Shown: one piece after another, positions 45,368 through 54,224 of the stretch
Position numbering within the stretch: position 1 is the first letter of the stretch
How the letters are laid out: every line of letters begins with the position of its first letter
Assembly (NCBI GenBank): GCA_038319675.1
Contig: JBBQDM010000008.1
Span: forward strand, 59,185-123,184
Origin: Vicinamibacterales bacterium
GTDB taxonomy: Bacteria > Acidobacteriota > Vicinamibacteria > Vicinamibacterales > SCN-69-37
DNA: 64,000 nt
Direction of reading: 5' to 3'
Program-made: the position numbers and the translations under genes
Notes under the pieces: generated by a model
Told to the model about the DNA's origin: nothing
Seen by the model: only the letters and a program-made list of their open reading frames with translations
Databases searched by the model: none

Positions 45368-47734
45368 TCAACGTAGGACGGTAATGACTGCCATAGCGTC
45401 CAATACCAGAACGCTCCACATCAGCCGTATGACTTGAATACGTCGGTCGACCAGCCTGTACCAAGAAATGCACAACAGGAGGGTCACGAGAACGGCCAAC
45501 ACATGCCAAGGATTGTAAAGGAGACTGGGGAAGCCGCCTGCCTGATATAGGGCCACGCTAAAGACAATCAACGAGCAGAGCTGGAATACAACGCCGATCG
45601 CCGAGGTCGCCGACTCTCCAACGAGCAATGGAACCGTACGCGAACCCACCGATTTGTCACCGTTAGCATCAAGGATGTCCATGAGGAGTTCACGGCCCGC
45701 GATGAAAAGAACGGCGGCGATTACAAACCCTGCCGGATTAATTTCAGTGCGACCTAAGACGAGCCACAACGGGGCAGCGGACATCAACCCGGTTAGAAGG
45801 ACTTTGAAAGCAGCGAAATGCTTGATGACAAGGTTGTAGCTCACGACACCGATCAGCGTGGCTGCGAAGAGCAGCGTTTCGCCTGCTGAATAGCCACTGA
45901 AGAACCAAGACGCAACCGCACACATGAGCATCGCAATACCGTATCGACGAACGGCACCGGCGGACACCATTCGAGCGGGGATCGGTCGCCACGGTTTGTC
46001 AATAGCGTCTCGATCGCGGTCGAAATAGTCGTTTAAGGCGAACCCGCCCAGGGCGCACAGGACGAATGGCAGTGTTGCTTGTGCCGCGACGGCCGCCGGC
46101 AGGCCAAGAGTGGTCAATCCTAGATACAGGACTAAGCCAATCAGCGATGTGGACACGATGCGAGTCGACGAAATGAGAAGTGTGACGACAGTAATAATCG
46201 AATTCTTGATCGCGTTCTTCCTCTCACGGTCGGAGTTCAATCCCTCCACAATCAACGCAACAATGACAAAGGCGAGATAGGCCATAAAGCCAGGGTCCGA
46301 CTTGAAATAAGTCGGCGAATCAGGACTGAGAATTGTGCGTTGCACGACGAACAGAACTAGCATCGAGATGTAAGACAGCCCACTAAGAACGCGCAAAGCG
46401 TTCATGCGCTCGGAGAACACGCGATCGGCTCCAGCGATATCAAGCGTGCGGCTCTTCCAACCAGGACTGTCACGAAGCCGTGGATACACAACCAACCCCA
46501 ATCCCACCGCGCACGCGGTCAGAATTGCAGCTGAAACATTATCCCGCAGCCACGGGTCCGTTAAGGGGTACTGAAAGCGCCAATCAACAAAAACGCAGCC
46601 AAGTAGAATGCCGGAAAACGCAAGTTTCCAAAATAGCCACTCATAATGCGAACGCCCACGAAGTTTCTGAACGGTCGCCGCCTGTTGGGTCCACCACCAG
46701 AGCGCTGTCAGAACATGAATTGCGAACAACGCTACGAACCACAGGCCCCGCTCCGAAAAAGTGTAAAAGGCCGGAACTATCCAGGCGGTCAGAGTGAGAA
46801 CACTCAACGTTGCAACGTAATAGCGTCGTGAATGCGAAGTCCTAGCGCACTCCGTTATGAGACCCGCCTTGTCTTCCAAAAACTCGTTGGCAGCGAGACG
46901 TCCAGTGATCTGCCACGCCTCGAAGACAGCTAGATAGCCTGCGATAGCTATTGCAAATATCAGCGAACTTACGTTGTCCGCGTGAGGCCTCAACCAGTCC
47001 ACATGAAAAGCTCTGCTGACAATGACGAGTAATAAACCGGCCCCGGCGACGAAAATGTTTAAGCGGAGTCTCCAGTCGCTGGATCGCGTCACCACTTCTG
47101 ATGTCGCGAATGTCGCCATCAGCACACACAACGGCCAAAGCGGAGCGAGGGAATGGTGGAGGGTGTTCAGGGACAACCCAATATAGAGGTTGGTGCCTAC
47201 GAAAAGCGCAGCTGGCCAGGCGAGAACATGCCGAATGGGAGGGTCCGGACGATCCCGAAACTTCCAGAACAGAACTAGGCCGTATCCAACGACAAGCGCT
47301 GCATGGGTCGCGAAACTCAGCAACAGAGTGGCGCTAGGCGGGTTGTCGAACACGAAGTGGCTGAGCAGCAGAACAATGGCCGACGTTTCGAGCCAGATCA
47401 CAACACTCAACGCGATCAGCATCACTTGGGCAGGCAGGTCATCGTGATTGTCGGTCACGGCGGCAGCCCGCGCGACATCAGGATCGCTAACTGCAGTTTG
47501 GCGACCTGCCGCAGCAGCCTCGCGATTGAAGGAGACCGCATAGCAGAGCGCGAAAACTGCCGACGAACCCAAAGGAATAACCAGTAGGAGCCAGTCGTTC
47601 ATTCCCGCCTGAGGCAGCGCTATGACAGCTCCACTGACCAACGCCAAAGCCGACACAGCCAAGTAGCCCAGCGCGCGAAAAAGGTATGTCCAAGGATTCG
47701 CCGCCGCTGTGAGAAGTACAGGACGTGCCGTCAT
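45368..47734 (-). CDS. Large polytopic membrane protein with C-terminal UbiA-type prenyltransferase domain
   Basis: About 500 aa of extra TM helices are followed by NDYFDRDRDAIDKPWRPIP (the UbiA NDxxDxxxD motif). Confidence 0.7.
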   Translation of the reverse strand: MTARPVLLTAAANPWTYLFRALGYLAVSALALVSGAVIALPQAGMNDWLLLVIPLGSSAVFALCYAVSFNREAAAAGRQTAVSDPDVARAAAVTDNHDDLPAQVMLIALSVVIWLETSAIVLLLSHFVFDNPPSATLLLSFATHAALVVGYGLVLFWKFRDRPDPPIRHVLAWPAALFVGTNLYIGLSLNTLHHSLAPLWPLCVLMATFATSEVVTRSSDWRLRLNIFVAGAGLLLVIVSRAFHVDWLRPHADNVSSLIFAIAIAGYLAVFEAWQITGRLAANEFLEDKAGLITECARTSHSRRYYVATLSVLTLTAWIVPAFYTFSERGLWFVALFAIHVLTALWWWTQQAATVQKLRGRSHYEWLFWKLAFSGILLGCVFVDWRFQYPLTDPWLRDNVSAAILTACAVGLGLVVYPRLRDSPGWKSRTLDIAGADRVFSERMNALRVLSGLSYISMLVLFVVQRTILSPDSPTYFKSDPGFMAYLAFVIVALIVEGLNSDRERKNAIKNSIITVVTLLISSTRIVSTSLIGLVLYLGLTTLGLPAAVAAQATLPFVLCALGGFALNDYFDRDRDAIDKPWRPIPARMVSAGAVRRYGIAMLMCAVASWFFSGYSAGETLLFAATLIGVVSYNLVIKHFAAFKVLLTGLMSAAPLWLVLGRTEINPAGFVIAAVLFIAGRELLMDILDANGDKSVGSRTVPLLVGESATSAIGVVFQLCSLIVFSVALYQAGGFPSLLYNPWHVLAVLVTLLLCISWYRLVDRRIQVIRLMWSVLVLDAMAVITVLR

Positions 47735-47912
47735 CTATCGCCTAGTCCTATCGCTGGAAGCGGCACGGGAACATGTCGCCCGTGAAGGGTGATGATCCGG
47801 GCGCACCCCCGTCTTTGTCAAGGACAGGAACCGGGGTGCGTCTGGATATGAAACCGACGTTCCGACGATGCCAAGGTTATGGCGCGTCATCGAGCAGTCA
47901 AGAGGAGTTGGC

Positions 47913-48020
47913 ATGGTCCGTCTACGAAGTTGGAGCTATCTTGCTCCGGCACTGGTCCTTGGATTGGTCGCCATAGTGTTACTAGCGGTCATTCTGTCGT
48001 TGCCGTGGGGGGGCAGGTAG
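47913..48020 (+). CDS. Tiny single-TM peptide (35 aa), speculative
   Basis: GAGGAG lies 6 nt upstream of the ATG. It encodes MVRLRSWSYLAPALVLGLVAIVLLAVILSLPWGGR and is below the ORF-track size cutoff. Confidence 0.3.
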   Translation: MVRLRSWSYLAPALVLGLVAIVLLAVILSLPWGGR

Positions 48021-48228
48021 GGCTGACATTGGTCATCGTCTGCGCGCGAAGCGTGACGGTGGCCATTTTTTTTGCCTACCATCGAGGCTGCCATCGGCTC
48101 AGGGTGAGTGCTGGCAAGAAGCGACCTGCTCGTTATTCCAGAAGCGCTGCCGGGCCGAGCGGAGTGCGATGGCTGGCTCGAGCGGCACCTGAGGAACGTC
48201 ATGCGCATTGTGAAAGAGGGCGAAACGC

Positions 48229-49308
48229 CTACCGCAGCAATCCGATGGCGGCTCCGACGAACAGGGAGGCGGTCACTTCTTTCTTATTGGAGCGCCAACC
48301 AAATCTGATGCCGCCGAGCGTACCGCCAGGGCCCTCGATGAAGTACATGGGGACATCGACCGACCACACTCCCTTCCACTCGCCATCCTTGGTTCTCTGG
48401 CGGCCATAGCTCACGGATGGCGTGATGGCCTTGTACTCAGAAAAGAACTTTCGGATTTCCAACGTTCCCACTAAGCCCTCAGTCAGGATGGGCTTGCCGC
48501 GAATGGCGGATATGCACGTTGTCGCGGTTTCATCGTCTACGTTCTCCAGTCGCCGGCAAAGGTTCTCCGACCTGCCGGCAGGTTCGTAATTGCGGGTGCC
48601 GGTAAGCGAGCCAATCACGAATCCAGTCGGCACAGTGTACCGACCGATGCGGGCGGTGAACCCGACGTTGCCGTGATTCTCCGATTGCGATTCGAGCGTT
48701 ACCGGTAACAGGAACGCGTACTTCGCTTGACTCACGCCGACCTCAACTCCACGCAGCCAGATCGGTTCGTGTAGGCCCTGATAAAAATCGAACAGCGACA
48801 ACTCGTCGATACCACCTCGCTCGAACACGTAGGCGCGATCGCAATCCTCGAGCGTCTTCAGTGGGTGCGGAGGCGTTGCCTCCGAGTTGTGCGCCTCGAT
48901 CAACTTCTTGCAGAGCAGTTCCAGATCCCTTCTTTCGACAGGATTCGGACCTGGATTACTGAAGGAGCTCAGCGCGTAGCGGAATTCGGCGCCACTACTG
49001 AGCCCGGTCAACGTCGCCGGGCTCGTCTCCTGGGACGTGTTCAGCGGGCTAGACAGTGATAACCGCATCTGCGTGGTGCCAGTGCCCCAGTCGAGCGCCA
49101 CGGTCCCCATTTTGTCCTCACGCTCGGCGTTCATTACCAACTGAACCCCTGGGGCCGCGATACCAGCAAAGGTCACCGTCGATGGTCCGGCTCCTGTTCC
49201 CGATCCGGCTGGTCCGGTCTTCGGGGGCGGCGGCTGAGGTGCTTCCTGCGCTAATGAAGAGGACGCCAATATCGAGAACAGCAAGAGCGGCGAGAGGACC
49301 TTCGTCAC
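48229..49308 (-). CDS. Secreted protein, possibly outer-membrane beta-barrel
   Basis: Has the signal peptide MTKVLSPLLLFSILASSSLAQ, a Pro/Gly-rich linker and alternating beta-like segments. Confidence 0.55.
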   Translation of the reverse strand: MTKVLSPLLLFSILASSSLAQEAPQPPPPKTGPAGSGTGAGPSTVTFAGIAAPGVQLVMNAEREDKMGTVALDWGTGTTQMRLSLSSPLNTSQETSPATLTGLSSGAEFRYALSSFSNPGPNPVERRDLELLCKKLIEAHNSEATPPHPLKTLEDCDRAYVFERGGIDELSLFDFYQGLHEPIWLRGVEVGVSQAKYAFLLPVTLESQSENHGNVGFTARIGRYTVPTGFVIGSLTGTRNYEPAGRSENLCRRLENVDDETATTCISAIRGKPILTEGLVGTLEIRKFFSEYKAITPSVSYGRQRTKDGEWKGVWSVDVPMYFIEGPGGTLGGIRFGWRSNKKEVTASLFVGAAIGLLR

Positions 49309-49318
49309 GCTTTAGCTC

Positions 49319-49633
49319 CTACGAGACGGTGAGCGTGCGGAAGCCTGCCGCGACAGCAGTGTCGTTTATCGGTGTCATGATGGCCCCGGACGCCGTCAGC
49401 GTAAACGGCGTGCCTTCCCGGCCTCGCACCTGCCACGTCATCGTGTGTTTGCCCGATGGCAGCGTCATGCTTCCCGTCTTGACGAACGTCGCGCGGTTCA
49501 GTCCGGCCTGAACAGTCACAATGCAGACTGACGAAGAGCAGTTGAAGGCCACGACCGCAGTCGCCTTCGCGGCTGCCTTCATAGCCTTGATGGAAATACC
49601 TTCGAAGTCGTCTTCTTTTACCTTTGGCGCCAT
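49319..49633 (-). CDS. Hypothetical protein (104 aa)
   Basis: The internal ATG is preceded by TAGGAG and the gene lies upstream of the secreted-protein gene. Confidence 0.45.
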   Translation of the reverse strand: MAPKVKEDDFEGISIKAMKAAAKATAVVAFNCSSSVCIVTVQAGLNRATFVKTGSMTLPSGKHTMTWQVRGREGTPFTLTASGAIMTPINDTAVAAGFRTLTVS

Positions 49634-49743
49634 AACACTACTCCTAAGACTGCATGACAGATTGCATCGGGCCAGTCCTAAAGTCAACAGTCCCTCGGAT
49701 ATGCAAGGCCTTGACTACTCGCTTGGCCGCGCTGCGCGAGCGA

Positions 49744-49980
49744 CAGCTTTTCAATAATTCTCCCCTCGGATACGCGAGTCCTAAAGAGGCAGGGAAGCGA
49801 CACGGGTTCAGCCGCTCCGAATTCGGCCGAGTGCCGATGAGGCGTACTTCTCGGTTGCTCTCGATGGTTGCAACGGGGAAGAGCGAACCCAACATCGACC
49901 TTGATATAACGCTCCATAAGTTGTTTCCTGAGGTTTTCCCCATCGAACAGCAGAGGCACAGGACTAGCCGCAGAAACTGA
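49744..49980 (+). pseudogene. Degraded copy of the ribbon-helix-helix gene found intact at 53888
   Basis: FNNSPLGYASPKEAGKRHGFSRSEF parallels FSISLPPGYAESMEQEGKRYGFNRSEF. It is frame-shifted relative to the intact copy after SEF. Confidence 0.55.
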
Positions 49981-49981
49981 C

Positions 49982-50233
49982 CTACGGCACACTCACTTCA
50001 AGCCCCGCGGCCTCGGCCTGAGCTTTGAAGCGCAGGATGATGTCGCGGTCGGCTGGCAAGGAGAAGAGAGCGTTCCCTGCGTAGCCACGCTCCTGCATCC
50101 ACGCGTCCGCCCTAGCCGTGCTCGGCGAGAACGTGACAGAACTACCTTCTATTGTTTGAAGAATGTCGCCCATGCCTATTTCCAATCGCCCTTCTTCGTT
50201 AAATAGCGGACCCATGTCATCGGGAAAGGTCAA
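49982..50233 (-). CDS. Hypothetical protein (83 aa)
   Basis: Supported by the ORF only. Confidence 0.4.
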   Translation of the reverse strand: MTFPDDMGPLFNEEGRLEIGMGDILQTIEGSSVTFSPSTARADAWMQERGYAGNALFSLPADRDIILRFKAQAEAAGLEVSVP

Positions 50234-50311
50234 CTCAGGACCTACCCGGCTCTGAAAAGCTCAGCGTGACCTCCGCTGAGTTGACATCCCGCTTGGTGCC
50301 AAAATGCTACC

Positions 50312-50542
50312 TTAGCGAGTTGACGCTGTCAGGCACTTCGCGCAGTCGTCGTACCCGTCGGTATGCGCAGCAGTTAGAGACGTGTATGGTTTGTCATTTC
50401 CGGCTTTAATAATCTCGTCAATCTGACAAGTAGTTTTCTCGTTGTCCAGGTCGTGGACTTCCTTCTTGCTCGTCGACTTGTTCGCCAGATATTTTTCTCC
50501 ATTCATGTTTCCCTTGTTTCTTCGTGCCATGCCGCCCTCCAA
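50312..50542 (-). CDS. Small hypothetical, related in pattern to 28042-28251
   Basis: Has the KKEVHDLDNEKTTC...DDCAKC pattern. Confidence 0.45.
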   Translation of the reverse strand: MEGGMARRNKGNMNGEKYLANKSTSKKEVHDLDNEKTTCQIDEIIKAGNDKPYTSLTAAHTDGYDDCAKCLTASTR

Positions 50543-50671
50543 TTTGTAATGGTGCTAGTTGTGGCTGATCGCGACTCAGCGCGCGCGGCTGAAGTCGCGT
50601 GTTTATCCCTATAGTCTTGGTAGTCTGGCAGATTATTGTCGTTTGATCAAACTAAAGTCAACGCGGTTCGT

Positions 50672-50875
50672 CAGTGCGGTACGCGGATGGCCTGGATGTC
50701 CGCAGTCAGTCGGGCACTTCTCGAGCTTAGATCTAAATCATCCTGAACGAAATGCACTGCCACACCTGCATCAATCAATTCTGAAGGACGAGCCCAGTCG
50801 CTCAGGTTACGAGCACTGCGATCGATTTTGTGCACGATGGGCCCGCCGAATGCCCGCGTCTCAGTTCCCCCATCA
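50672..50875 (-). pseudogene. Internal fragment of a serine recombinase gene
   Basis: IVHKIDRSARNLSDWARPSELIDAGVAVHFVQDDLDLSSRSARLTADIQAI closely matches aa ~105-160 of the recombinase at 59309-60667. There is no N- or C-terminal continuation. Confidence 0.75.
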
Positions 50876-51241
50876 CCTCTTGAACCGGAGGTGGTCAGAG
50901 GGTTCGGAAGCCGGACGTTGATCCAGATGCCGGCGGCAAGATGGGCCCGGAACTGACAAAGGCTAGCGCCAAGGCGACCGCGCCTGGCTGCAGAAGTACT
51001 TGGTGAATCCGAAGGCCGAGAACCCGAAGGGAGAAGACCCCGACCACCTGGTCGCATACCTGCTCTCGCTGAAATAGCACCGGGCGAAGTCGAGCCGGAG
51101 CCAGGAGCGAAGCGACTTGTGGCGTCCCCACAGGGAACGGGCGGGCTGCAAACGGAGATTTCACGGTGGGTCGCTGCCCGATAGCAGTTCCGGGAGATTG
51201 GCGTCAGGCCCTACTTGTGCCACTTTGCCGACGACCCAGTC

Positions 51242-51535
51242 TCACCCCTGTCGGTGTGAGCGAGCTGCCGCGACATCGCGGTAGTTCATCAACAAGACGC
51301 CCACGATCCCGATAACAATGAGATAGCCAATAGCTTCTCGGGCCGGATTCTGGAGCGCCCCCTTGAACAACTCAAATGAGGACGCGAATGCCATAATCGC
51401 GGTGCCACGGAGAACCCATGCCCTGGGAGTCCGCTCGCTCGCTTCGCGCAAGAAGAACATAGCCCAAACGGCCAGGGCCACGCTTCCCACCAAGACCATC
51501 CACCACATGAGAATCTGAATTTCCGCTGAACTCAT
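51242..51535 (-). CDS. Small 3-TM membrane protein
   Basis: Three hydrophobic helices in 97 aa. Confidence 0.5.
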   Translation of the reverse strand: MSSAEIQILMWWMVLVGSVALAVWAMFFLREASERTPRAWVLRGTAIMAFASSFELFKGALQNPAREAIGYLIVIGIVGVLLMNYRDVAAARSHRQG

Positions 51536-51634
51536 GGCAACTCTCCCGTCTTCAACCTTCTGCTCCCTGTGTCATATACTGGCAGGGGCCAGCCCGGTAG
51601 GTCCAGGTGGCCCCTGCCGAACGCTCAAACTCTC

Positions 51635-52612
51635 TTATGGCCGGAACGCCAGCACGCGTGGGGCGTCAAAACTCGGCGCCTCAAGTGATGGCGAGATGTT
51701 AAGTTGGTAATTGTTCTGATAGCAATTATACGCTCCGACGGCCAACACCGCCACGCCGACGAGTACGAGAGCATTAAGGCCAGCGAAGCCCAATATGGCT
51801 CTTTTGGTAATCGCCGTTGCGGCTTGGATGTAGGAGTGGGATCCCCAAGCCCCCAGTGCGAAGGCTCCGGCACTCGCCGCGGCCAATCGAATCTCATCGA
51901 CGCAGGGAGGCGCTAGGTCTGGAGAACCACCGTCCGGGACTTGAACCGCTGCGGGCTCGAGCTCGGAACAGTTGTAGTAGTAATAGCAGTCCAAAGCTGC
52001 CTCTTCTAATGCGATTTGTTCCGCTTCAACCATTTCGCCTTCATAGGCGTAATACGCCATAAGAATTTCGGCATCCTCCTTCTCCTGTGGGGTCGCGCAT
52101 TCGGCCCAACCCTCCTCATCCTCACACAGATCGTTAGGAATGATGGGCTCGTCGGCCTTGGATCCGTCCGGTTGCTCATGCAATTCCATTTGCTGCGGAC
52201 CCGATGTCGCTTGGTTTTCAGGTTGAGCTTCAGGCAAGAAGGTTCGACTCATCAGCTTTCCTTCGACGATTGTGCTAACGAACGTCCCACCCGCCGTTGG
52301 CTCTTTCAAGAATTCCACAGGAAGGGCGCGAATCTTGCGATGTCGTTCGGCAGGATCCCTCTCTGAAGCAATGTCGAAGACCTTGAGCCACCTCCTAGCC
52401 CTCTGCCCAGCGCGGTCGGAACGCTGTGCCATCTTTGCGACTCCTTCCTTGACCTTCAGGATCTCCGCTTCGGTTTGGCTCGCGAGGGCCTCGATGCCAC
52501 GGGTCTTGTTTGATGCAACGTTGACTGACGCAGCAAACATGGGCTGCATCCCAACTGTCGCCAAACAGAAAACTGCGAATAAGGCGGCGCTCTTCTTCCA
52601 GAGTAGTTTCAT
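51635..52612 (-). CDS. Secreted/anchored acidic protein, unknown
   Basis: Has the signal peptide MKLLWKKSAALFAVFCLATVG, an acidic Cys-containing middle and C-terminal hydrophobic segments. Confidence 0.5.
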   Translation of the reverse strand: MKLLWKKSAALFAVFCLATVGMQPMFAASVNVASNKTRGIEALASQTEAEILKVKEGVAKMAQRSDRAGQRARRWLKVFDIASERDPAERHRKIRALPVEFLKEPTAGGTFVSTIVEGKLMSRTFLPEAQPENQATSGPQQMELHEQPDGSKADEPIIPNDLCEDEEGWAECATPQEKEDAEILMAYYAYEGEMVEAEQIALEEAALDCYYYYNCSELEPAAVQVPDGGSPDLAPPCVDEIRLAAASAGAFALGAWGSHSYIQAATAITKRAILGFAGLNALVLVGVAVLAVGAYNCYQNNYQLNISPSLEAPSFDAPRVLAFRP

Positions 52613-53068
52613 CGAGTAGTCATCAGCGCCTAGTACTACCGGTATTGGTAGTTATCTAAATCCTAACTATCAAGGCGGCGCGGTGCGCAACGTAGCACAG
52701 GACTACACTCTGGCGCAAGACCGTTCGGTCGCGAACGGCCTCGCGTCGGCTGCTAGTCCGGGAGAATTAATTGCCCCCAAGGCAGCAGAATGAGGTTGAC
52801 CCGATCGCGTGTACGGGCCCTTGATTGGATTGATTCCTGCCTGAACATGCCATTTATCAACTGCCCTTCATCAAGACGCTTTCGGGGGGGAAAATGACAG
52901 GCACCAGCCCAACTAAGGTGCCGATCACGACAAGTAGAAGTGGACAACACCGGTGTCAGGGCTCTGCTGAGCCATGGGATGCGAGCTGTCGCTGGCGCAG
53001 CGTCGATCTTGGCGGAATAACATTCTGGCCACCTTGACCATCCTCAAGCACCAGGTACACTTCAGCTA

Positions 53069-53833
53069 ATGGCTATTACCGTCGATCCCTTCTCTTGCAT
53101 CCCGCTCCATGTTCAGGCGTTTTTTGACGATACGCCGCTCGGTGACGGGACGGGATTCACAGTCCTCAAGGGCGACCAGCGGTATCTGATTACCAACTGG
53201 CACATTGTGTCAGGCAGAGATCCAGTGACGCGGTCCTCAATCTCGAAAGACGCGGGAATCCCGAACCGGTTGGTCGTATGGCTTCACGTGGATGGCAAGT
53301 TCGGGCATTGGAACACCGTGCAGATTCCATTGGTCAACGACAGCAACAATCCGCTTTGGATTGAGCGGGAGCATCAGGCCTCGGGGCACATGGTCGACGT
53401 TGTCGCCCTCCCGGTTCCGACATCGGCCGGAGCCGCTTTTTTTGATCTTGATCTCGGGCTGAAGGATGTTGATGTCTTGATCACGCCCTCCGAGCCTGTG
53501 TCGATCGTGGGTTTTCCACATGGCCGTTCCTCTGCCGGTAAGTTGGCGATATGGAAAACCGGCCATGTTGCCACCGACCTTGAAATCGACTTTGAACAAA
53601 AGCCCGTGTTTCTCATCGACGCCACCACGAAGCCTGGAATGTCTGGCTCGCCCGTGCTAGCCAGAAGACCTGGGAGTCGGCCGACCAGTATCGGGCTGAC
53701 AATCGGTGGAGGAACTGTTACTCGATTCCTAGGTATCTATTCGGGACGGGTCTCTGATCAGCCCGCCGACAAAGATAACTGGAACCTTGGCATGGTGTGG
53801 AAGGTGTCCGCCATCGAAGACTTGTTGCCATAG
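53069..53833 (+). CDS. Trypsin-like (S1/Trypsin_2) serine protease, cytoplasmic-looking
   Basis: Has LITNWHIVSG (His), a mid-protein Asp region and KPGMSGSPV (GxSGxP nucleophile motif). No signal peptide. Confidence 0.7.
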   Translation: MAITVDPFSCIPLHVQAFFDDTPLGDGTGFTVLKGDQRYLITNWHIVSGRDPVTRSSISKDAGIPNRLVVWLHVDGKFGHWNTVQIPLVNDSNNPLWIEREHQASGHMVDVVALPVPTSAGAAFFDLDLGLKDVDVLITPSEPVSIVGFPHGRSSAGKLAIWKTGHVATDLEIDFEQKPVFLIDATTKPGMSGSPVLARRPGSRPTSIGLTIGGGTVTRFLGIYSGRVSDQPADKDNWNLGMVWKVSAIEDLLP

Positions 53834-53887
53834 GCCTTGTACTATTCTTCGAAATCCGTATGCTCTGTGCGTTACACGCCCAGAGTC

Positions 53888-54157
53888 ATGTCCTACGACA
53901 ACTTCTCAATCTCCCTCCCACCTGGGTACGCCGAGTCCATGGAGCAGGAGGGAAAGCGATACGGGTTCAACCGCTCGGAGTTCATCCGGGTGCTTTTCGA
54001 ATCGTACCTCACGGTTACTGCCACGAAGGTCATAGGGGGAAGAGGAAGCCCAACATCGATCCTGCTACCAAACTCCCAGACTTCTTTCCTGAAGTGTTGC
54101 CCCATCGAAAAGCAGAGGCGCAGGAATGGATGCACGAATACCTACGCCTCGTGTTGA
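53888..54157 (+). CDS. Ribbon-helix-helix (CopG/Arc-like) protein; C-terminal half possibly frameshifted at a G5 run
   Basis: FSISLPPGYAESMEQEGKRYGFNRSEFIRVLFESYL is an RHH pattern. After about 54035 a second frame (open to 54282) looks more protein-like. Confidence 0.55.
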   Translation: MSYDNFSISLPPGYAESMEQEGKRYGFNRSEFIRVLFESYLTVTATKVIGGRGSPTSILLPNSQTSFLKCCPIEKQRRRNGCTNTYASC

Positions 54158-54224
54158 GAATCGTAGGGGAGGCAGAGGAACGGAAAAAGCAAACCGGCTC
54201 TGTCGACCGAGACGCTGTCGACCT

